64,000 nucleotides of DNA, from IMG/VR virus record IMGVR_UViG_3300027794_000004; one strand, given 5' to 3'. A program made the translations under genes and the position numbers. This DNA comes from a virus. Below the pieces are notes generated by a model. The model was not told where the DNA came from and did not search any database. It was given only the letters and a program-made list of their open reading frames with translations. Below, piece by piece: positions 40,372 through 49,277 of the stretch (the stretch's first letter is position 1; every line of letters starts with the position of its first letter).

Positions 40372-41220
40372 ATGGAAGAAATATTTAAACGAATTGAAGG
40401 TTTTGAAGATTATCAAATTAGCAATTTTGGTAGAGTAAAAAGTTTTAAAAAAGGTAGAGAAAAAATTTTAAAAAGCTATATTTACAAAGACGAATACCCT
40501 ACTGTTTGCTTGTATAAAGGCGATAAACAAAAAACCATGCAAATACATCAATTAGTTGCAATAGCTTTTTTAAATCATAAACCTTGTGGATACAAATTAG
40601 TTGTTAATCATAAAAATTTTATAAGAACCGATAATAGAGTTGAAAATCTTGAAATAGTAACTCAGCGCGAAAATTCAAATCAAAAGCATTTGAAAAGCAC
40701 ATCTCAATATACTGGGGTGTGTCGTAATAAAACAAATAAAAAATGGATTTCTTCTATCTATGTAAATGGAAAATCTTTAAGACTTGGATATTTTGAAACA
40801 GAAAAAGAAGCTTCTATTTATTATGAAAATGCTCTTTTATCAATACAAAACAACAAAAAAATAAAAATAAAAAAACATGTTTTTACATCTGAATACAAAG
40901 GTGTTTGTTGGGATAAAATTAGTAAAAAATGGACCTCATCTGTTAAAATAAATGGAAAAACAAAGCATTTAGGAAAATTCAACACAGAACAAGAAGCATC
41001 TGAATATTATCAAAACGCTTTAAAATCTATTGAACAAGGAACGGAAATAAAAGTAAAAAAACATTTTTTTACTTCTAACTTCAAAGGAGTTCATTGGTGT
41101 AAACATAAAAACAAATGGATTTCATCAATTTATATAAACAAAAAAAGAAAACATATAGGAAGTTTTGATAGTGAGATTGATGCACGAAATGCATATTTAA
41201 AATATTTAGAAACTTTTTAG
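40372..41220 (+). CDS. NUMOD4-HNH endonuclease with three AP2-like repeats
   Basis: YQISNFGRVKS; VNHKNFIRTDNRVENLE; three TS.(Y/F).GV.W...KW.SS...(L/I)G.F..E.(E/D)A repeats. Confidence 0.9.
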   Translation: MEEIFKRIEGFEDYQISNFGRVKSFKKGREKILKSYIYKDEYPTVCLYKGDKQKTMQIHQLVAIAFLNHKPCGYKLVVNHKNFIRTDNRVENLEIVTQRENSNQKHLKSTSQYTGVCRNKTNKKWISSIYVNGKSLRLGYFETEKEASIYYENALLSIQNNKKIKIKKHVFTSEYKGVCWDKISKKWTSSVKINGKTKHLGKFNTEQEASEYYQNALKSIEQGTEIKVKKHFFTSNFKGVHWCKHKNKWISSIYINKKRKHIGSFDSEIDARNAYLKYLETF

Positions 41221-41269
41221 TAAAACTTTCACTAATTTTAGCAAAATTTAAAAATAAAATCAAATACTT

Positions 41270-41485
41270 ATGGAAGTAATTTCAGCACAAGAAATAGAAT
41301 CTACCGAAGCTTTTAAACAAATAGATAAAAGTATTCAACCACTTTATTTAAAGCGTGTAAATCGAGAAAAAATAAGCCATGCATTAGTAGTATACAAAAA
41401 CACAAAATATATTGATGAAAGCTTAGGTAGACATTCCGTTAATATCCTAAAAGAACTAATTAAAATCCAAGAAGATGAAAAGTAA
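41270..41485 (+). CDS. Hypothetical protein
   Basis: ORF track. Confidence 0.5.
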   Translation: MEVISAQEIESTEAFKQIDKSIQPLYLKRVNREKISHALVVYKNTKYIDESLGRHSVNILKELIKIQEDEK

Positions 41486-41861
41486 AATACCACCATTTGA
41501 CGAACTAATCGATAGATTAATTATTCAAGTAGAAAAAAGACATCCTGATAAACCTATTACTTCAGAAATGGTTGAAACTTTCAAAAATAGTTGGAAACAA
41601 AAACAACCCGAACTATACAAAATGGTAAAGCAATTAGAAATCAATTCTAATAAAGCCAAAAGTATAAATAATAGACTTGACGAAAGACACGTTATATTTA
41701 ATATCGGAGTTGATATACTCGGAAATCCAATATACCACGAACACAAAGTATTATTTAAAAGGGATTTTAAAGGCCCAAAACAATACAAGAAACAAGGTAG
41801 TAAAGTAAAATATCAAGACGAATATTTTTTTACTTCAAAAACATTTGTTGTACCAAATTAA
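41475..41861 (+). CDS. Hypothetical protein
   Basis: ORF track. Confidence 0.5.
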   Translation: MKSKIPPFDELIDRLIIQVEKRHPDKPITSEMVETFKNSWKQKQPELYKMVKQLEINSNKAKSINNRLDERHVIFNIGVDILGNPIYHEHKVLFKRDFKGPKQYKKQGSKVKYQDEYFFTSKTFVVPN

Positions 41862-41893
41862 AAAAATAGTAACCATTTAAAATTTTAATAACC

Positions 41894-42556
41894 ATGAAAA
41901 AATTATTAGTAATATTATTAGCAACAACTTTATTTTCATGCAATAATGAAGTTGAAATAAAAGAAGATCAAATTTCAAAAATTTTAGTTTTAGGTAATTC
42001 CATCACAAAATCTCCACCTGGAGGAGAATGGATAGGAAATTGGGGGATGGCTGCATCAGGTCCATATAAAGATTTTTGTTATTTAGTGAAACAAGAGTTA
42101 AATGCAAAAACTTTAGATGCTAAAAGCATAGCTGTATGGGAGGCAAATGTTGGATATGATGTAAATCAAATATTATCACCTACTACAGAAAAATATGATT
42201 ATATTATTTTAAAAGTTGGAGAAAATGTAAGTTTGAATGAAATATCAACATATAAAGATAGATTTAAAACTTTATGCGAATATTTAGAAAACTACACAGA
42301 TAATTTAATAATAGTTTCAACCGTTTGGTCTGAATTTATACCAAGTGGAGAAGGTTATATTGAAGAACATAATAAAGACAGATTAATGCAGGAAGTAGCG
42401 CAAGAAAATAATTATAAGTTTGCAGATATTTCCGGAATTATAAACAAAAGAATGTATTTTGCTTGGGATGAATATCAAGATGGCGCTATTGGTTCTCATC
42501 CAAACGATTTAGGAATGGAATTTATAGCTAACAAAATAATTCAAGAAATAAAATAA
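41894..42556 (+). CDS. SGNH/GDSL hydrolase-family lipoprotein
   Basis: Lipobox LFSC; block I LVLGNSIT; block III VGEN; block V SHPNDLGM..IA. Confidence 0.8.
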   Translation: MKKLLVILLATTLFSCNNEVEIKEDQISKILVLGNSITKSPPGGEWIGNWGMAASGPYKDFCYLVKQELNAKTLDAKSIAVWEANVGYDVNQILSPTTEKYDYIILKVGENVSLNEISTYKDRFKTLCEYLENYTDNLIIVSTVWSEFIPSGEGYIEEHNKDRLMQEVAQENNYKFADISGIINKRMYFAWDEYQDGAIGSHPNDLGMEFIANKIIQEIK

Positions 42557-42559
42557 AAA

Positions 42560-42593
42560 TAAAAACCACTAAGTAAAATTAGTGGTTTTTTTT
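42560..42593. terminator. Bidirectional intrinsic terminator
   Basis: aaaaaccactaa-gtaaaa-ttagtggttttttt. Confidence 0.75.
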
Positions 42594-42969
42594 ATGTTTA
42601 TTTTGTTTTAAGAGATAGCAAAGCTATTATCTCCGCATCATACAATAATCTGTAATTCACAAAGATTTTAATAGCTAGGGCAATCTATTTAAGCATACTC
42701 ATCACTTGTACCTCCGCACCTAATTTTATAGGTATTCAAGCTTACTTTTTTCACTTGAAGTTTTATACTCTTTCCATCTTGAAACTCTTTCGAGGATGCG
42801 TTCACTTGTTGTTAAGCTAAAACAGAGCAAGTTTTCTTTGATGGCGTACTTTCTACTTTTATCTTTTTATTTTATTTACTTTTTATTATTCTGCCTTTTT
42901 TCGTTTACCTTGTTGTAAAATCGTTTAATGGTACGCAGTTTAAAACCATTTATTAAAAGTTATATAAAA

Positions 42970-43090
42970 CAAAAAACCCCTAAAAGGGGTTGCAAGTCTT
43001 TTAGGAGAAATTTTGTCTTTCGAATAATCAAAAACGGACAAAACGATTATCAAAATCGAATTGCAACCCGTTTTGATATACGCAAAGATA
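42970..43090 (-). ncRNA. Promoter plus kissing-loop leader RNA (copy F)
   Basis: On -: tatctttg, hairpin tatcaaaa-cGGGTTGCAAttcga-ttttgata, then cctaaaag-acTTGCAACCC-cttttagg followed by a U-rich tail. Confidence 0.55.
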
Positions 43091-43134
43091 ATTATTTTCT
43101 TTTAAACTACAAATTTATTTGTTCCAAAAATCTT

Positions 43135-43608
43135 TTAATTGTTCTGCGTATTCTTTTTTAATTGCATTTCTAATTTTTGAACATTAATCATTTGAGTAAC
43201 CACGTTACAAATAGCGTTGGCTTGAGGGATATAAGACTTGTCGCTTCTAACTCTTTCTAAAGTTTCAAATAAAACGTTTCTAATATCTAAATTACTTTGT
43301 TGTATTGGTACAATTTTTTCTGTCATTTTCTCCATTTCATTGGGTTTAACTTCCATGTTTTTTACTTGTATTGATACATTTTTTAATTCAATTTGCCTTT
43401 TTTCAAGCACACCTTCTTTTAATTTTACTCTTGGCAATTCACATAATTCTTTCAAAAATACAGGAACTTCGCTTTCAAAAAAGTTGTAAGTTTTTTTATC
43501 TGTCAAAACAACATAAACACCACTAACTTTTTTTACGTTTTTAATAATAATTTCATTTTCTTTATAAAGAAATTTTTTATCTATTAATTCTTTTAATTGA
43601 TCAATCAT
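43135..43608 (-). CDS. Hypothetical protein
   Basis: C-terminal LFETLERVRSDKSYIPQANAICNVVTQMINVQKLE. Confidence 0.6.
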   Translation of the reverse strand: MIDQLKELIDKKFLYKENEIIIKNVKKVSGVYVVLTDKKTYNFFESEVPVFLKELCELPRVKLKEGVLEKRQIELKNVSIQVKNMEVKPNEMEKMTEKIVPIQQSNLDIRNVLFETLERVRSDKSYIPQANAICNVVTQMINVQKLEMQLKKNTQNN

Positions 43609-43829
43609 TTTTTAAGTTCTCTTTTTAATTGAAGCCTGAGTCTATACAACTCAATAAATTCTTTGTTTTGTCTTATTTCAGAAGAAGTCAAATTACTATT
43701 TCTTTTTATAACTTTAATAACATGTCTATCTGTTAATAATTCAGAATCTAATCTTTCTTTTTTTAACTTATATTCTTTTCTATCTTGATATGTTCTTTTA
43801 TCGGGATATTTTTTTTTTGACTCATTCAT
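43605..43829 (-). CDS. Hypothetical protein
   Basis: ORF with ELYRLRLQLKRE; overlaps next start. Confidence 0.55.
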   Translation of the reverse strand: MNESKKKYPDKRTYQDRKEYKLKKERLDSELLTDRHVIKVIKRNSNLTSSEIRQNKEFIELYRLRLQLKRELKK

Positions 43830-43854
43830 TTCTTTTGTTTATCAAATATACAAA

Positions 43855-45108
43855 TTAATTTTCATTCCAATATTTTTGCAACTGATTTGCGTAATCTTCT
43901 TTTGAAGTCTGGTTATAAATTTTTATCATTTCGCTATTACTCCAACCTAAAATAGAACAAATAGCTTCTTGAGATATTACATCTTTATACAAAGTAACAA
44001 ATCCTCTTCGGCAAGAATGGCTTGATAAAAGTTGGTATTTCTTATAAACTCCAATTACTTTTCTTTTCTTTTCAGAATCCCATAACTTACCTCTTGTTGG
44101 TTGATCTATATCGCAAACTTGAGCTATTTTCTTAATAGCAATATTAAAATCATAAAGACTTATTTTAGGTGGTAAATTACCAAAGTTGTTTTTTATTACT
44201 TTTTTCACTTCTGAATGTAATGGTAAAACTACATATTGACCTGTTTTTGAAGTTTTAATTTTTATAAATTCATCTTCAATATTGGTTATATCCAACTTTT
44301 TTAAAGCGTCACTTCCTCTTAATCCTGTAAATAACAAAATAATATAATTTTGTTTTGCTATTTCTAATTCAGAATCAAAACTAAAATCTGTATTTATTAT
44401 TTTGTTTATTTCTTCTTCTGTTAAATAAGGTTTATCTGATAAGTCGTTTTCTTTGTCTATGTATATTCTTTGGTTTCTTACTTGTGAAACTTTTAGCGAC
44501 ATTTCTGAAGCCCTATTTAAGAAGAATTTAAGCCTGCCTATATTTCTTTCAATCGTAGCTGAATTATAATCATCTTCCTCAAGCCAATTCGAAAACTCAT
44601 AGACATCATCTTGAGTTAAACTATGCAAAGTATATCTAACTTTTTTTTGGTCCTGAAAATCGCTAAAAATATCAACAAACTTTTGATACTGACTTTTGAC
44701 CAATTTAGACATAGTTTCTTTTGGAGAAGTCTTCCATGAATCAGCAAAAGTTTTAAGCCAATAATTTGAGAAATCTACAATATAAATATCTTTGTCGTTA
44801 TTAATTAAAGCCACTTCGTTTGTTGGGCGATCAAAAACTTCTTTTACTATTTCCTGGAGCCATGATTTATTTATCAAAACACCTTTAGTGAAATCTCGGT
44901 TGTATCTTTTTAAGAGAGTAGATTTTAACTCTAAAAGTTTCTCGTTTGCTTCTGGATTATCACGAAAAGTTTCACAAGAAAAGTCCCACTCATCATCTGA
45001 AAAAGCAAACAAATCAAGATTTAAAGAAACATCAAAGTTTTTATAGTAAACTCTTACCGAAACTTTATAGTTCTTTTTGTTTTTGGTTAAATTAAATTTG
45101 ATGTTCAT
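43855..45108 (-). CDS. int: Tyrosine recombinase/integrase (Bacteroidota type: arm-binding, SAM-like and catalytic domains)
   Basis: FTGLRGSD (R), IKTSKT (K), SSHSCRR (HxxR), ILGWS (W), MIKIY (Y); N-terminal beta domain VRVYYK...DEWD. Confidence 0.9.
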   Translation of the reverse strand: MNIKFNLTKNKKNYKVSVRVYYKNFDVSLNLDLFAFSDDEWDFSCETFRDNPEANEKLLELKSTLLKRYNRDFTKGVLINKSWLQEIVKEVFDRPTNEVALINNDKDIYIVDFSNYWLKTFADSWKTSPKETMSKLVKSQYQKFVDIFSDFQDQKKVRYTLHSLTQDDVYEFSNWLEEDDYNSATIERNIGRLKFFLNRASEMSLKVSQVRNQRIYIDKENDLSDKPYLTEEEINKIINTDFSFDSELEIAKQNYIILLFTGLRGSDALKKLDITNIEDEFIKIKTSKTGQYVVLPLHSEVKKVIKNNFGNLPPKISLYDFNIAIKKIAQVCDIDQPTRGKLWDSEKKRKVIGVYKKYQLLSSHSCRRGFVTLYKDVISQEAICSILGWSNSEMIKIYNQTSKEDYANQLQKYWNEN

Positions 45109-45314
45109 AGTAATTCTTTTTCAAATAGATTAAAACTTCTTTTCAAATCTTCTAAAGTTGGCTTTTTACGTTTGTCTTTTTTAATAAGATTTTCACGTTC
45201 TATCTTTTCTAAAATTGAAATCCTTATAAATTCAGATTTTTTAGATAATGATTTTAAAAAGGCATCTAATTCCGAATCACATTTAAAACTTTGTATTTTA
45301 TCGTATTTTATCAT
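45105..45314 (-). CDS. RHH-like small protein at array end (paralog of 59900-60127)
   Basis: IQSFKCD..LDAFLK...SEFIR.SI...KDKRKKPTLEDL.RSFN.FE; stop overlaps the int start. Confidence 0.65.
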   Translation of the reverse strand: MIKYDKIQSFKCDSELDAFLKSLSKKSEFIRISILEKIERENLIKKDKRKKPTLEDLKRSFNLFEKELL

Positions 45315-45374
45315 AGTTTATAAGTGTTTGAAAATAAAAGTATTACTTTTTGTTGTGTAATCTTGTAGTTAGCA
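45312..45374 (-). other. Conserved non-palindromic array-terminal (attI-like) site T1
   Basis: TAAC-TACAAGATTACACAACAAAAAGTAATACTTTTATTTTCAAACACTTATAAACT-ATG; homologous to T2 with the same spacing. Confidence 0.7.
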
Positions 45375-45888
45375 GTAACCTTAACCAAGATTGGGGAAAC
45401 ATTCACAACCTAAATGCTCGTCATCAGGTTTTTTAAACATATTACCTTTATCACAAAAAGGATTATCACATTTTTCTTCTTTTATATCAGCTATTCTCAA
45501 TCCTAAAACGTATGAATAATAGTTAATTGCTTTTTTGTTATTTTCAATATTATCCCAATACCAATTCCAAATTTCACCTTTTGGAACTTCCATTTCTAAA
45601 TCAATACGAATATCTTCAAAAGACAAATAACAATCAGCAAAACAATTAATTCCACCCTTTATATTACCTATCCATCCATCAGCATAACAATCCTGCTTTA
45701 AACAAAATAAATCAGTGTATAAATCAATACAATTATCTAAACGTTCTTTGATTTCCGAAATAGAAAGGCTACCGCTAACACTCGTTTGGCTCAATGCCTT
45801 ATTTTCGTTTTTATCGTTTTTCATTTACTTTTGTTTTAAATATTAAATTTTGTTTTCATAACTCGGCACTAAGCCAAGCGAGAGAACG
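45369..45888 (-). mobile_element. Gene cassette II (hairpin 45773-45894 plus ORF 45381-45824)
   Basis: taac-gttct-ctcg-C-ttggcttagtgcc...ggcattgagccaa-A-cgag-t-GTTAGCGGTAGCCTT; end AAGGTTACTGCTAAC (13/15 complementary). Confidence 0.8.
45381..45824 (-). CDS. Cassette-borne hypothetical protein, start inside hairpin loop
   Basis: MKNDKNENKALSQTSVSGS is encoded by the loop and right arm. Confidence 0.65.
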   Translation of the reverse strand: MKNDKNENKALSQTSVSGSLSISEIKERLDNCIDLYTDLFCLKQDCYADGWIGNIKGGINCFADCYLSFEDIRIDLEMEVPKGEIWNWYWDNIENNKKAINYYSYVLGLRIADIKEEKCDNPFCDKGNMFKKPDDEHLGCECFPNLG

Positions 45889-46414
45889 TTATGTGAGATT
45901 TACTCCCAACCTCCGCAAGAATAATCTTGAACTAAAGAATAATCTTCGGGTTCACGTTCTTTTTCTTGTTTATAAAGACAATCTTCACTTTCACAAGTTC
46001 CATTACCTTTATCGTAATTTTCACAATAATTACACTGCAATCTTTTTATTGTGCCTTTTACTATTTTTACTTTTGTTTTTACATACAAAATATCGTCATC
46101 TTCAAAATCTTTTGTTTGGTCTTTTCTGGTATCTTTCCAAAATTCCATCCAAATATAATTTTGAGAATATCTCGTAGCTTCTCCGTTGATTTCTTCTCCT
46201 ATTTTAAAATCAATAGCAAAATCATCTCTGTTATTTTCGTTTGCAATAGCCGTTACTAACATATTTTATCTGAATTTAAAAACCTCACATAACAGCAATT
46301 TGGCAATATGTCGGTTTTGGTTATTAATTTAAAAATTATCTTGTACTTGTAAAATCTGTCTTAACTTCGATGGTTAGGATTTATTTACCCCAAACTACCA
46401 CAAGTTGCAGGACG
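45889..46414 (-). mobile_element. Gene cassette I (partly degenerate hairpin 46287-46420 plus ORF 45900-46262)
   Basis: taac-gtcct-gcaa-C-ttg...caa-A-ttgc-t-GTTATGTGAGGTTT; end AAATCTCACATAAC (13/14). Confidence 0.75.
45900..46262 (-). CDS. Cassette-borne hypothetical protein with Cys cluster
   Basis: CNYCENY..GTC..DC..SC..WE. Confidence 0.6.
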   Translation of the reverse strand: MLVTAIANENNRDDFAIDFKIGEEINGEATRYSQNYIWMEFWKDTRKDQTKDFEDDDILYVKTKVKIVKGTIKRLQCNYCENYDKGNGTCESEDCLYKQEKEREPEDYSLVQDYSCGGWE

Positions 46415-46437
46415 TTATTTTTATCTAACATCGAGTA

Positions 46438-46445
46438 CAAACTTA
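46438..46445 (-). promoter_or_regulatory. Bacteroidota -7 promoter reading into array 1, RHH and int
   Basis: taagtttg on -, about 20 nt before the first cassette hairpin; divergent tacatttg (+) at 46637-44. Confidence 0.6.
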
Positions 46446-46670
46446 AAAATAAAAACAATACAACGCAACATTTTTTTAAATTATTTTTTGTTCTATTTGT
46501 TAATCCTACCAAGATTAACTTGTGAAACCCATAAAACACTATATTTTCAGCATTTGTTAAATTTTTGTTTATTTTTTACTCCGAGTCTTTTTTGAACATT
46601 TTTTAAAATAAATTTGTTTCGTATTGTTCCGTTTGTTACATTTGTACTCTAATCAATTATCAGGTAATAT

Positions 46671-46892
46671 ATGTCACAAAGAATTGTAAAACTAAAACCT
46701 GGTGAAACTTTAATCATTCAAAGCGATACCGAAGTAGTGAAAGATTTACTCACTATTACAGAAGTCGCTAAAAGTTTAAAGTGTAGCCGAAACAAAGTAT
46801 ATCGACTAATAGAAAAAGGAACTCTAAAAGTAGATAACTCAGGTAAAACACCTAAAATCACAAACGAATCACTAATCAATTTTAAAAATTAA
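46671..46892 (+). CDS. Excisionase-like HTH (MerR/HTH_17 type)
   Basis: LLTITEVAKSLKCSRNKVYRLIEKGTLK. Confidence 0.8.
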   Translation: MSQRIVKLKPGETLIIQSDTEVVKDLLTITEVAKSLKCSRNKVYRLIEKGTLKVDNSGKTPKITNESLINFKN

Positions 46893-46897
46893 GTAAA

Positions 46898-47716
46898 ATG
46901 TCAAAAGAAGTATCAAACATCACAGAATCTCAATCTTTAGTTTCTCAAGAACTAAACAATCAAGTATTAGCAGTGCTTTCAAATAAAGTTGAAGGTTTTG
47001 AAAAAGCATTTGTAATGTCAAGTGCTATTCAAGTGTTAAAAGACAGATTAAGTCCAGAGTTTATGAAACCTATTATGGCTCTTCAAGGCTCAAATTTAGG
47101 ATTTAAAACCGATAAAGACAAAAATGGAGGTTATCCTGAATTAGAAGTAAAAGCCTGTTTAATCGATGCTGTATTGCTTGGATTACAACCTACTGGTAAT
47201 GAGTTCAATATTATTTCTGGTAATATGTACCCAACTCGTCAAGGATTTGGATCACTTTTAAAGAAGATTAACGGATTAAAGTATTCTATTGCTTATTCTA
47301 ATCCTATTTTCACTCAAGACAAATCTTCTGCTACTTGTACTGCCACAATTAAATGGGAGCTTAACGGAGAAAAAAATGAACAAAGCGTAGAATTTGCTAT
47401 TAAGTCAAACGCTTATGCTACTGCTGATGCTATTTTAGGAAAAGCAGAAAGAAAAGCAAGAAGATGGTTATTTAACACTGTTGAAGGAACTGATATTCCT
47501 GATGGAGATGTTACTGATATTCCACATACAGAAGTTTCATCAAAACCGAATCCAACTGTTGTTGCTGCTGAAAAAGAAAGACAAAGAGTAATTAAGCATA
47601 TTGAAAACTCAAAAGATGTTGAAACTCTTGAAAGATGTCTTCCTGCTATATCAGATGACGACCTTGATTTAATCGTTATGTATGATGATAAGAAAAAAGA
47701 ACTAACTAAAAAGTAA
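46898..47716 (+). CDS. Putative single-strand annealing recombinase (RecT/Redbeta-like)
   Basis: LIDAVLLGLQPTGNEFNIISGNMY...GKAERKARRWL; paired with an exonuclease. Confidence 0.6.
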   Translation: MSKEVSNITESQSLVSQELNNQVLAVLSNKVEGFEKAFVMSSAIQVLKDRLSPEFMKPIMALQGSNLGFKTDKDKNGGYPELEVKACLIDAVLLGLQPTGNEFNIISGNMYPTRQGFGSLLKKINGLKYSIAYSNPIFTQDKSSATCTATIKWELNGEKNEQSVEFAIKSNAYATADAILGKAERKARRWLFNTVEGTDIPDGDVTDIPHTEVSSKPNPTVVAAEKERQRVIKHIENSKDVETLERCLPAISDDDLDLIVMYDDKKKELTKK

Positions 47717-47719
47717 TAT

Positions 47720-48592
47720 ATGGATAATAACGAAATTTATTTTAGATGTTCTTCTATTGGTAATTTAATGACCGATGGAAAAGGAGTTGTTTTTTCAGAA
47801 AAAGATTCAGAACGTATTGATGAATTAAAATACGAACTAGAAAACGGAGTAAACAAAAATGGAAATAAAGTTAAGTGGACACCTCCAAAAGCAGAAGAGT
47901 TAAAAAAACTTATAGAAAAAAGAGATAGAAAACCTGAATTATCAGAAACAGCAAAAAGAGAAGTAGAAAAAATATGGCTTTTGAACGAGAAAGGATATTA
48001 CGAAGACTTAGAAAATAAATACTTAACAAAAGGTTTGTTGAATGAAGATGATGGATTAGATTTAATGAGTGATGTTACAGGTAATTTTTTACTTAAAAAT
48101 AAAGAAAGAAAATACCAAGACAACATTACTGGTGAATGTGATTCGATTTCTGAAATTGATGGTAAAAAAGTTGTAATAGACATCAAGAGTTCTTGGTCAG
48201 TTAGAACTTTTATGAATGCAGATTTATCAAATATCTATGAATGGCAAATGAGAGCTTATATGTATCTTTATGACATAGATGAAGCTTGGCTTTGCTACAC
48301 ATTAACAGACGTTCCGGAACACTTAATAGAACAAGAAAAAAAGAAGGTTTTCTATAAGTATTATTCTAACGGAATGTCAAATGAAGAAGTAGAATTGTTA
48401 GATAAAAAACTGCAAGTTCTTTACAAGCAAATTGAAATGAATATGGTTTATTCTACTAATCCAAGATATTCTAAAGATGAAATGATTAAAATTTTTAAAA
48501 TTGAAAGGGATAAATCTTTAGAACAAAAACTTTTAGAAAGAGTTAAAATGGGATTAGAATATTATAAAACAATTAAGCTTAATCAAATTTAA
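47720..48592 (+). CDS. PD-(D/E)XK exonuclease (YqaJ/lambda-exo-like)
   Basis: FRCSSIG, KGLLNED, ITGECD, VIDIKSSW, YEWQMRAYM. Confidence 0.8.
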   Translation: MDNNEIYFRCSSIGNLMTDGKGVVFSEKDSERIDELKYELENGVNKNGNKVKWTPPKAEELKKLIEKRDRKPELSETAKREVEKIWLLNEKGYYEDLENKYLTKGLLNEDDGLDLMSDVTGNFLLKNKERKYQDNITGECDSISEIDGKKVVIDIKSSWSVRTFMNADLSNIYEWQMRAYMYLYDIDEAWLCYTLTDVPEHLIEQEKKKVFYKYYSNGMSNEEVELLDKKLQVLYKQIEMNMVYSTNPRYSKDEMIKIFKIERDKSLEQKLLERVKMGLEYYKTIKLNQI

Positions 48593-48597
48593 TTTTG

Positions 48598-48700
48598 TAA
48601 TTTTGTAATGGAGATAGAACAGAGGTAATTGGCTGTTTGAAAATCTGATGTTGAGACAGACTTCTCCATTACTTTTCTCAACATAACTAAAAACTCAACA
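48598..48700 (+). ncRNA. Promoter plus multistem pseudoknot leader (variant E)
   Basis: taattttg; stem gtaatggaga/tctccattac enclosing two hairpins; loop ATGTTGAGA pairs with TCTCAACAT at 48676-84. Confidence 0.55.
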
Positions 48701-48702
48701 AA

Positions 48703-49263
48703 ATGCAAGAACAAAAAGAAGTTTGGAAAGATGTACCTGGTTATGAAGGATTATATCAAGTAAGTAATTTAGGAAATGTAAAATCATTGCCAAGATTTAT
48801 TTTAAACAGAATTACAAAAGAAAAAATATCAAAAGGAATATTATACAACAGAGGATATTATATTTTTAGCTTATCAAAAAATAAAAACAGAAAAAAAATT
48901 TTAGTACATCAACTTGTGGCAATGGCATTTTTAGGTCATAAGCCATCTAAATATAAAAAAATAATAGATCACATTAATAATAATAAACTAGATAATAGGG
49001 TTGAGAACTTACAAATAATTTCACCAAGATTAAATTGTACAAAAGATAGAAAAAGAAAAAACAATTTAATTGGATGTTATTTTAATAAAGAAAAAAAACT
49101 ATGGCAATCTCAAATTTTTTATAATAAAAAACATTATTTTCTAGGTAGATTTAACACTGAAAAAGAAGCATCTGAAATGTATTTTAAAGCTTTATCTAAT
49201 ATAGATAATATTTCTAAATTTCAAACATTTTTACAATTTAAAATTTTTTTAAATAACTTATAA
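48703..49263 (+). CDS. NUMOD4-HNH-AP2 homing endonuclease
   Basis: EVWKDVPGYEGLYQVSNLGNVKS; IDHINNNKLDNRVENLQ; LGRFNTEKEA. Confidence 0.9.
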   Translation: MQEQKEVWKDVPGYEGLYQVSNLGNVKSLPRFILNRITKEKISKGILYNRGYYIFSLSKNKNRKKILVHQLVAMAFLGHKPSKYKKIIDHINNNKLDNRVENLQIISPRLNCTKDRKRKNNLIGCYFNKEKKLWQSQIFYNKKHYFLGRFNTEKEASEMYFKALSNIDNISKFQTFLQFKIFLNNL

Positions 49264-49277
49264 ATAGACAAATAATT

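Noticed and set aside
42928..43161. 77-aa plus-strand ORF
   Set aside because: It lies antisense over the minus-strand promoter and structured leader, with no supporting features
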